Shown: piece by piece, positions 10,919-21,271 of the stretch
Layout of the letters: every line of letters starts with the position of its first letter
Position numbering within the stretch: position 1 is the stretch's first letter
NCBI GenBank assembly: GCA_046563655.1
Contig: CM102286.1
Span: forward strand, 4,154,001-4,218,000
Source: Yuukianura sp. NJ FZ-2021
Taxonomy: Eukaryota
Direction of reading: 5' to 3'
Length of the DNA stretch: 64,000 bases
Notes under the pieces: model-generated
Seen by the model: only the letters and a program-made list of their open reading frames with translations
Told to the model about the DNA's origin: nothing
The model's database searches: none
Made by a program: the position numbers and the translations under genes

Positions 10919-11559
10919 GATGATCCAATGCAAACGCTACTGAAACTTTTAACTTGATGTGATGATTGTGCAGTTCACTTCACCTTACGATTTTGTGCAA
11001 GTCAGTGACCTTGACACTTATTTGACCTTTGACCAAGTGCAGAAGCCAAGTAAAACGAAAACTATTTTTGCTGTGCCAAACACGCGCTGTGTTTAGCAAT
11101 TTTAAATTTAATATTTAATCTTGCAGCACTGAATTCGAGCAGTTCGGAAGAATAATCCCAATCCCTATTCTCTTCTGTATAATAATTTTTCAAATCTAAG
11201 CCTTTTATTCTTAGAAAACAACAAACGCAAAAAAACTTCGATTTGATTTACGTAAGTTCGAGCGTCAGACTTTCTTGTTGTTTTCTGCTCTTCAAAAAGA
11301 AAACTTGGAAACTGATTATTAATTTTTTTGCTACAAGTTTTAGTTAAAGACGTACTTCTTGGTTTTTGCTGTGGTAGATCTGTGGATGCATCATGAAACC
11401 ATAACATATCCCGACCTTGAGAGAATTCTGCTATTCAATCATCGTGGCAAAAAAGAATCATGTGAAACTATAGAGTCGCTTGGTTGTGTGCCTATGAGTA
11501 ATCGGGTTGTTTTGTTGTGCAAAATTAAAGCAGACAGAGTCACCTTAGTTACGATGATG

Positions 11560-11670
11560 ATACCGCTTTTGTAATAAGGATCCGCTTTTGTAAGTATCCT
11601 CTTTTGAAGGGTACGAATTTGTATAGTAGCTTTTGTAAATTATCCGCTTTTGTAGGAGTACGATTTGGTA
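11560..11670. repeat. Short degenerate tandem repeat (tccgcttttgta-like) at the CNPase duplication junction
   Basis: Units include taccgcttttgtaa, tccgcttttgtaa, tcctcttttgaa, gcttttgtaaa and tccgcttttgtag. Confidence 0.65.
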
Positions 11671-11785
11671 TTAGAAGTTAGATTTCTAAAATTAGAAGTG
11701 CAAGGAGTCAATTCTCAATTGGCGACATTTTGGTTCAAGTTTGAATATTTTTATTGTAGCAGAAAGACCGGGTGGTGAACTTTGT

Positions 11786-12879
11786 TCAAAAAATTGTTCC
11801 ATATACTGCTATCGCTGCTAGTAAAAGTTTTATACCGTTCGTAATTTTTAGAATGCTCGAGGAACTAGGAACAGTGTCGTATGTTTTGAACACAGTATCT
11901 ACAACCAGCTTTTGTTTAGGATACAGAACAAATGCCGTTTTTTGAATGTCTTCTTTATGAAACTGCCTTAGGATTCCAAGGGTACCCAAATCATAGTACT
12001 CAGAATGAGCCCCAGTAGTTTCGTATCCAATGATGTCCAGAAGGTCATGTCCAGTTTGTACCGCCGGAATCTTCGGAGCACATCCCAAGGTCACATGAGC
12101 TTTGGAAGTTGATGGCTGGAAGTTCACTGGTTGATCCACAAAATCAATTCCCGGGTATTCTGAATCCGCTTCCCGTTTTTTCCGGATTTGAGCCAGTGAT
12201 TCTTCTTTGTCAAATAGCGGTTCCTGTTCAGCCGTTAAATTTACACGGACTCCGTATGTTCGCGCGGTAAAGTAGAAACCGATGAGGTGCGTTTCAAAAT
12301 GCTTGCCCAATGAGTCTTTAGCTGTGTTGTAGTACTCCGTGCAATCAATTCCGTCGCCGCAGTACATAGCTGTCACATGGTAGTACGGGTCGTAGTTTAG
12401 TGTATTGGGGTCCAAGGGCTTGACGAAGTAATTGAATGGGTCACTTACACCGACGTTTGTCAAAAATTCAACAACGCTTGGTACGCTGGAATACATCGTT
12501 CTGAAAATATTTTCCGTGTAGTTTTGCAGGGAAGTTGCTGTCTGCTCGTCCAGAAACCAGCCAAAGTACAAAACGTTTTGCAGATCCGTAGTTTCAGTTT
12601 TCAAAAACTCCTCATTTTTTGTGTCGACAGCATTTGCAGAGAGCATGACGATGCACGCGAAAATCTAAAAACAAAAATATGTTTTCAAAAATCGTAAGAT
12701 TTTGATCTAATAGAGATCGATCGATATGTTACCTCTCTACAATTTACAGATTTTGGCTTATTGGATTTTCGAAATTCTAATTAAATCATTGATAGTCTAA
12801 AATTGGTACGGTTAAAAGCCAGTAAACCATATCAAAAATGTTACGACAAGAAAAAAAAATTTTATACCACTTTCAGCAT
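11786..12879 (-). CDS. CNPase-like 2H phosphoesterase with signal peptide and hydrophobic C-tail, copy B
   Basis: Exon 12879-12868 (MLKV) joins 12664-11786 (IFACIVMLSANA...). Both HVT motifs are intact and it is a clear paralogue of copy A. Confidence 0.9.
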
Positions 12880-14392
12880 GACGACCTAAAGAAAACGCTA
12901 CTGAAACTCTTGAGTTCATAAAAGATGTTTTGTGCCGTTCACTTTACAATTTTGTGCACGTCAGAGACCTTGACACTTATTTGACCAATTGCAGAAGCCA
13001 AGTAAAATTAACACTAAGTTTGATTTGTGACACATACACGCTCGATTTGGGAGTTTAAATTTAATATCTAATCTTGCAACATTAAATTCGAGTACTTCGG
13101 AATAATAATCCCATTCCAGATTCTCTTATGGCAGTTAATTCCGCAAGCCTAAGCATTTTGATTCTTAGAAAACTACAGCAAACGCAAAAAAAAATCGAAT
13201 TGGCTTACGTGATTTTGAGTGTCAGAGTCAGAGTTTCCTATCCTTTTTCAGCACTTCAATTTTAAGAAAATTGGGTACGTGATGATTAATTTTTTGAAGA
13301 TGTACTGCTTGACTATCGTATGATCTGTGATGCACCATGAAACTAACGTCTCACGACCTTGACAGGGCTTCTGCTGATGAATCATCCTGGCAAAAAGGGA
13401 ATCATGCGAAAGCGAAAGTTGTAGAAGCGCTTGGTTGTGTGCCAATTGGAAATTCAATTGTTTTGTTGTGCCAATTTGAAGCAGACAGAGTCACCTTGGT
13501 TACTTTAGGCATAAAGTTTGACTCTATATGAGGAATACAGGAATAACGGTAAACTCCCCCACAATTTCCGGCCAAGTTATAGCAATACCAAAGGGGCGAT
13601 AATTTTATATATTTTTGATATTTAGGAGGGGTAGTTCCTTTTATAGTCAGCTTTTGGCACTGCAATGTTTGCTACAGATATAAAAATATTGTAGTTTGGC
13701 ACGAAGTAGTACTACGGTGTAACAAGATTCACATTCAAGATCACATCCATTCATCGACGGAAGACAGAAAGTTCACTTCATCATCATCATGAACGTGAAT
13801 TTGGTACTTACAAGGAATCATACGGGTAAGAAAAGAAAAGCGTCATAATATGGGGGGCGATTTTGCACTATAATTGGCAAAAAAAAATTAGTTTTTTTTT
13901 TCATAACTTTCACACTTGCACAGAAATGGTCAATATTTAGCATTTGAAAAAACCTGTGTTTCCCTCTTCCTTAAACGTTTTTGTAAATGTTTTATGAAAA
14001 AGTTCATTTTTATTGCTATTATCGTATTTGGAAGTTCACAAAAACTGGTAATTTGTTACGTTTAGTCCTTAAAGTGTTACTGCTGCGCGGTAGTTCAATT
14101 TTGAAGGAACAATTCTGAAGAAAAATTGTTTTTTCTTTGCTTTCTTTCATGTTTTTTTGAAAAACGAATTTGAAAAGTTTTGATAGTATAGATTGATTTG
14201 CTGACTCTGCTGATGGTTGCCCCTTCACAGTTTATCCCTCAATGCAGTTTTCCTTGAAATTTTCTATGGAATTGCAATTTGCAATTTCGTAATTCTATAA
14301 CACGTAACTGATTTCAGTCTGAAATGAACAGATCCATTAAGCCAACACTGTCAGAAGTAAAGAAAAGCCGAGAAGCGGGTTAGCTAAATGCA

Positions 14393-15289
14393 ATGGACTA
14401 CGGGTGGCGTTTTGAGATGCATCCAGGTAATTTATAATTAAATACTTACAGTTATTATTAACATGGGTTAAATGAAATTGTTATGTATTACTAAGAACTG
14501 GTTGGCTAATTTAATGTCTTGATTTCAAAAGCACTGGAGTTAACCCCACCGAATCCTACGACAGCGTCTCTGAAGATTCCGTATTCCGTAAATTCTCCAA
14601 AATTGACGCAAGTTGTAACCGGGAAGAATTTCCACTACTTCAAACTTCGCCTCTACGACATCAATGAATTTTTCTTACAGCAGAAAAAATCCTGGAACCG
14701 TAACTACCCTCCAGCACAGCAGATTTATTCAGATAGTCCCATCTCCGTCGCTCTTCGCGCCGCGATTCACACCGAACATGCCATTTTGTACTCGAATCGT
14801 GAAGGAAGAGGTGGGAACGATGATGGATTCCTGGACCGATCTCCAAATGCTTTCTTTGACCTCTTGGAACACTTCCAAAATACAAAGTCCGTCTTCTCTC
14901 CAGTCCATACTGCAGTGAAGGAAGTGAGTTCTAAACTTATAGGATCCAAGGACACAAAAGACAAAATCCGGATTTATACTTATGTGTTGCTGGACGATTC
15001 CCTAAGATTTTCTCGATCTGGTGCTGGAACAACTGTGGATTTTTCATCTAAGCATGCACTTCATGCTGGAGCTGCTACAGAAGTTCATTACGCTGGAGAA
15101 TTTTGGGTAGAAAATTCACCAATAGAAGGTCGAGTTTTGTATGTGGACAACAATTCAGGAACGTTTGCTCCCCCGAAGGAGGATTTATGGCGGATGAAGT
15201 CTTTAATGGAGCGGAATTTTCCTGGAATTCCAATAGTTGTCCTGGACTATCAAGATCCACTCTGGAAGTACAAACGAGGAAAACAATGA
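14393..15289 (+). CDS. Uncharacterised HxxH..AGEF..DNNSGT protein resembling the C-terminal domain of fungal/protist C2-domain proteins
   Basis: The main exon ~14532-15289 contains SWNRNYPPAQQIY, IYTYVL, SKHALH, YAGEF, VDNNSGTFAP and ERNFPG. A probable first coding exon 14393-14426 (MDYGWRFEMHP) splices in frame, but its acceptor is weak, so the start is uncertain. The family assignment is from memory of motifs. Confidence 0.75.
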
Positions 15290-15621
15290 AGATAGGAACG
15301 CAATGTTACATGTACGATAGTGTTTTTCTAATGGAAGCTGCTCAATTTGTGATTAATTTGTAGCGTTTGATAAATGTTGCAAGGAAAACGTGATAACTTA
15401 AAGGTGATATAGGCGGGAAAAGACATTACACATAGGTTATTATCCTTTACATTCTTTCAAACAAATAGTTCAATTTGTTTAATTTAATGAGTTTACACAT
15501 AATAAAGTGACGCAAGCAAGATACTTAACAATGGATTGCTAATTTGTACATTCCACGTTTTTAAAAGAAATGACAAGTCAGATTTAAATAACTAACAACA
15601 TGCGCATGCGTAACGCCAATT

Positions 15622-18427
15622 TCAGTCTTGAGATGCTTCATGGCTACTGGAATGTTTCTTGAGTGCATTTAATATCCAATCTTGACTCTTGTAATGATCA
15701 TCCAAAATGCCCGGTTTAGGTATAATATCTAAGAATTCGTTACTTCGGGCATCTAAAATTTTAACTTCGTACGAATTTTCCAGACCTGCATCATTATTCC
15801 TAGGACAAAGTTTAGAATTTTTAAAATTTTTCAAAAGTCATAAAGTTTCAGATTTATCTTACTTTTCTGCGTTCGTTTTATCAATATAAATGATTCTCCC
15901 TGGTAAATACATATTGATTTCATCGTCTTTCCTAGTGCTTCTTGTAGCTTGATAATTTTTTTCAGTCCATTTCGAATGTAGATCACTTTCACCGAATTCC
16001 ACGGACGAATCAGTTATATGACCCTGCAAAAAATCGTACAGATAAGTGCACCAAACGTAGATACTTAAAGCCATACTTTGAAACTCACTTGGTTAACGTG
16101 TCCGTTGAAATCGATTTCTTTGGAAGATACTGTGACTTTTAGTTTAAATCCCAAGAAACGCAAGAGAACGCCAAGCAGCAACTTGTACTGAAAACAAAAT
16201 TAAAACAACAACAACAATATTTTCATCGCTTATTCTCCAAAAGATTTCGACGAAGCGCTGGAAATTACTGAATTTCAGTTACACCTTGGGGGTTTTGGCA
16301 TTATACATTCCATCAATGATGCGGTGCCTCAATCTGGAGATTGCTAGCAAGTTGGCACGCGCGAACAAGTCATTCCCACACGTTACTGATATGATAAAAT
16401 TTTCGCTATATCTTGCAGCATCGGAATTAAGTAGGCCTCCTAAAACAAAAAAAAATCAAATTCCTCGCGAAAAATGAAAACAGAAATGTTGATCTTGCCT
16501 GGAGGATTAAAACAGATCACTCGGAGCTCAAGAAATTTTGAACGTAGCCTGAATCCCAGTAATGCGGCGACGCCCGATCCAAAACTGCTGCCTATAATGA
16601 GAACAGGTTGGCTGGTAAAAGTAAAAATAATTCCAATTCACATTCCAAAAGTTTTACCAATTATGACTAGATTGTAATTTGAGTGGCGTTTTTTAATTTC
16701 TTCAAGGACAGGAACCACATTTACTGATAATTTTTCCGAAACTTTGTTTAATCCTCCATGAACCTAAATGTTGATAGAATTCGAGTAAACTCAAAGCATT
16801 ATAACACAGACAATTTCATTTTAAAGCAGTATTTACCTGAAAATTTGTTGCTGAACCTGGAATGTATAAAGCAGCAGCATCCATAAAAGATAGAAGACTC
16901 TGTCCAGGAAGGACAACAAGAACAAGTGAATTCGAGTTGTGGTCAACGAAAATACAAAAAGGAACTTCAGTGTAGCTGGTTTTAGTTGACACATGAATTA
17001 AATCCGATTCGGAGATTCCAGTCGCCGTGACTGCAGCTATGAGGCTGGACATTTTACACGTTTGGCAAAACCCGTTGGCATCAAATTGCGAATCACAGTC
17101 ACTAAAAATAACAACATTAGTCAAAAATTCAATTTTACTTAATGTTCTCTTCATGTTTTTTTTTTCAACTTTTTCCATTACCTTGCAGGAGCAAAACAAT
17201 TGCAAGAGTTGATAATTCTAGAGAAATTGTGTTGATGTTGAGCATCCATTTGTCTCGCCCAATTATGAGATCTGTCGGTGAAAGGAAAATATTTTTCAAA
17301 CTGCAGCACTTGCATGAAGGTCTCGGAAGTCCAACTATCCATGCTGCAGGACAATTCGTCGGAATTGGCATTCTTTCTATTGTGCATTTCTTGTAGAGAG
17401 AAACTTTCAAATTTGGTTTCAGGTCCTGCGCAGAGGGAACTTCCATGGCTTCCTTGGTCTTCTTCCAATCGAAAAACTAAAAACAGTCCCGCAACCAAAT
17501 CGGAACTGACGAAATTCGTTTCGCCAAGAACAGACGAAACAGTACCCCCAATAGCTTGGAATATTTGCTGTTCATCTTCAACGCGAGATCTAGGTTTGTA
17601 CAATATTGAGCAGTACATTTTCATTTTCTTGGCCCAGAACTGCGTCTGCGCTTCACTGAACTCTTGTTTCTCAAGCTTCAATCCTCCAAGTGGATCGTAT
17701 AAAAATGCGAAGAAAAGAGCCAAAACAATTAATGAAATCCAGTTGCAAATGATATAACCTGAAAAAAAAACACAAAAACAAGAGTAAAAATGATAAGACT
17801 TACAGGTACAAACGTGTACTAATTAATTAAGGGAACTTTTAGAAGGTCAAACCACTTACGACGAGTAAAGTAATAAGACGAAGGATCATGAATTTGTACA
17901 GTAGCAAAGGTAGGGCCGAATGCCCAAATGGTACCAAGCGTATTCCAGCCAGTATCGACTGCTTCCCAGAATAATCTACACCGAAAATGTGAAAAATGGA
18001 AAATTACATAAAATTAATTTAAAATCCTGTAACGCGGATATCGGATCTTACCGAATGTAAACCAGCGTCGGTATAATGGCTCTGAGATGCGTTTCGGTAA
18101 TTGAGCCTTTTGAACTTCGATTTACAACTAACAAATCCGTCATAACAATTATGACCAAGGACGCCATCATTCCAACGAGATAAACTTCGAACTTTTTTCG
18201 GTTTTCGTAGTCTTCAACTTGCATTTGAAAGTACGCAAGTAGAGCAGTAATGAGCCTGTCAACAATAAAATAAAGTAGTACTGATGCAAATTAAAAATTT
18301 ACTAAAAACAATGTGAAAAAGAAAGTTCTTACCAACACGATTTAACGATTGTGTCAAGAATTCCAGGGAAAACGAAGTCGTCAGTGCCGCAGAGCCAGCG
18401 ACGACCAAAAGCAACAACGGCAGGCAT
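15622..18427 (-). CDS. Diacylglycerol lipase (DAGL-beta-like, lipase class 3), multi-exon, divergent
   Basis: N-terminus MPAVVAFGRRWLCGTDDFVFPG. Also YDPLG, FVSSDLVAGL, PFCIFVDH, the spliced nucleophile elbow IIG-SSFGSG, GNDLFAR, YLPGRIIYI and ILDDHY. Confidence 0.88.
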
Positions 18428-19323
18428 TCCGCAAAATCGTTTTTACACATAAATCATCCTGTTAAATCGAAACTAAGCAGCGATTTTAATGTCGATGCAC
18501 ATTAAAATCGCTGACCACAAGGAACGAACTCAATAAATTTAACCCGGACGCCTAATTTTTTGTTTCAATGACTCTGAATTCGAGTTTTTGAATCAATGGG
18601 GACTACTACTACACAACAATAATTCAGGACTATTGAATTCAATGGTTGTTTTGTAGTATCTACTACAACTGGTTTGACTGTGGCCCTCATGCAGAACTTC
18701 TTACGAAACAGTTTGGACATCAGCATTATCATCATCACCCCTGCAGCTTAATACTAACTTGCCCTTGTAATCGCCAAAAAATCATTCTCACGTGTATAAA
18801 CTTAAATCACAACCTGCCCAATGGCTCCCCGTCCTCTCTACTTAAGTTACAACAAAAAAGGAAATGTGGAAACAAGTCTCAATTGTTCCCATTGGGTGAA
18901 TAGTAAGGTAGACGACATGAATGCATGAGTACTTGGACTGCCGTGAATGTTATGACATTGAACTCAAACGTTTTTGAAAGCTAGACTGCAAAAAAGGTGT
19001 GTCAAATCGTTTCACCTTAGGTGACGACCTCGATTCTCAAAGACATCCAAAGATGAAGATCATTTTCAGGGTTTCCCGTCGAGTAATGTAAAGAATTTCA
19101 AATTATGATTTTAATAAATGTCGAAAGTAAATAAATCAGAGAATATTAGAGCGGGACTTATCTGAGTATCGCAGTTTACGACGATGGTTCGACTATTCCC
19201 GTGGCGAAGATGCGTTTAAATGCTATAGCAGGATACTGGATACTGTTACAAGAAACTTACTCTAAATGTCAATTAATCGGAATCCAATAGAAGCAAGGTC
19301 AAGTGACGGGTGGCACTGACTCA

Positions 19324-20526
19324 TCAAATCTTGATCTTTTTCGCAGGCGTTGCTTTGCTGTCATCATCTTCAGAGTCACTGCTACTCACGTCAGAGTCAA
19401 GGTCTTCGTCAAGCCTGTGAAGTATTTCCGCAAAAAAAAACACATATTAGCACCTCGCCTAATACACAAGAAGTGCTAAACCCTAAAACATGAGCAATGA
19501 ATTTTCGGTGTCAGTAGAACAATCGTTGATAGCTGTGTAAAAAAATGTGTTCGAATTGAATAGAAAAAAACTTACATCGTCTTCTTCAAAGCCGGCATTT
19601 TACGTTTAACTTCTTTGGACGGCACTGGTTTCGGAACAGTACTTGATTCAATTCTGCCGTCGTTGACATCGTGCGGCTTTTCTTCTGCCTGTTTGGCATC
19701 TTCATCGTCTTCTGACGAAGTCGATGTGGAACTGGCCGAAGCTGAAGTGACTGTACAGTTTCCAGATTTACTCTTACTGGTCGAAGGAGCTTCAAATCCT
19801 AATAAAACACACCGAAACAAAACATTTAAGAAAAGTTACGCCTTGGCCTTGTGCCTCCCCGCCTGCGAATTTTGATTTGATAAGCAACACTTCAAAAGCA
19901 ACTAGAAATAGTACCCTTCTCGACGGCCTCAAAAATTGCATCGGACATTTCTGCTCGAACTCGGTTGTATTCTTTGTCCTCCATCTTTGGAAGCGGAGGT
20001 CCATCGCAGATTTGTCGAAGCTTCTCCAGCTTCTGCTTCTTCAGTTCAGCCCTCTCCTCGTCCCGCTGCTTCTGCTTCGCAAACCAACGTTTGAGTCGTT
20101 GTTCTTCATTGATATCCCGAAGACGCCTTCCAGATAAATCACGACAAGCATCCCTGTTTGTAGTTTTTTCAATTTGTGCTCCAATTGCCCTCAGCATAGA
20201 CCCAAAACCTACAAACGAATGGACACTTGATATAACGATAAAACAACAATAATACGAAGATCACAATTCTAGTTAACTTACCTCCTTTGCCTCCCAGCAC
20301 GCGGGGAATAATATGAACAGGAAGACCAGTGGGCATAATGGATAGTGTTTGCTGATTCACTATCTTCCCGTTACAAACAAGATAAAACGTTCCGGGCTCC
20401 AAATTCTAATATTAAACAACAAGAAAATTTAAAAACCACACCAAATTTAAGTTTACGAAGGATAAAATCGTACATTTAACTTACCATTATAATGTCAGCT
20501 GTTGTTTCACCGTGATTAAAAGACAT
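19324..20526 (-). CDS. SDE2: SDE2 splicing/replication-stress factor (~257 aa, 5 exons)
   Basis: [46 protein letters not shown]. Exons 20526-20485, 20405-20282, 20208-19915, 19798-19576 and 19414-19324 are phase-compatible. Confidence 0.92.
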
Positions 20527-21271
20527 TTTTACGGTGAGTGGTTTAACTCCCCGTAATTAACCTTTACTGTCGCTTTGCCTCGAACAAATTGATGTTCAGT
20601 CGAATGCACTACCTCGACGTCGTCACAAAAATGACGAGTTAATTAATTTACTTAACTAAAAGGAAAACAAATTAAGAAAACGAAAATTACCTTCCGAATT
20701 AAGTCGGAGGGAGAAGTGCGAGAGGGAGAGCAGAAAAATCAGCAGACCGAGTAGGCTTTTGATATGCAGACAGCTTGGCGCCAAGTTTAAGTTAAATTTC
20801 CTCAATTCGGTTTTTGCTAACTGGCAATTCCAAAGTACTTTTGCAGAGCAAATGCCAAAGGAAAATAATTAAATTTCACACGCACGACAGAAGCATTTAC
20901 AACTTAAATACTAGGCATAAGTATATTCGGATTTTACTCGTTTCGTTTTTTCAGACAAAACCGAATTTTGTCCATCTTATTCGGCTTTATTTATTAATCT
21001 AGTGATAGTGAATATTACGAACAAGTTACTAAAGAATATCCAGCGACCCTGACAGCAACAACCCCCAATTTCGGTTAAATTTTTTAACAATTATTAAGGC
21101 ACAATACCTCGAGTACGCAACGTTAACAGGGAAAATTGACGTTGAGTCAGCATATGTGAGTGAGAGTGGTTGTGCTATAGGCAAAAAAAGCATCAACTTG
21201 AAAATAAATTTTTACTATTTCGGACAAAAGGGACGAAGCATTCCGTATTTACTTTTGCGTTTTTGCTGAGA

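Noticed and set aside
13248..13665. Short ORFs on both strands (also 26073-26354 and 11359-11574) as small proteins
   Set aside because: Frames are broken by non-triplet indels between the copies and no family motif is recognisable.
17278..17757. 159-aa plus-strand ORF conserved in both segment copies
   Set aside because: Antisense to a DAGL exon; its conservation is explained by the sense gene.
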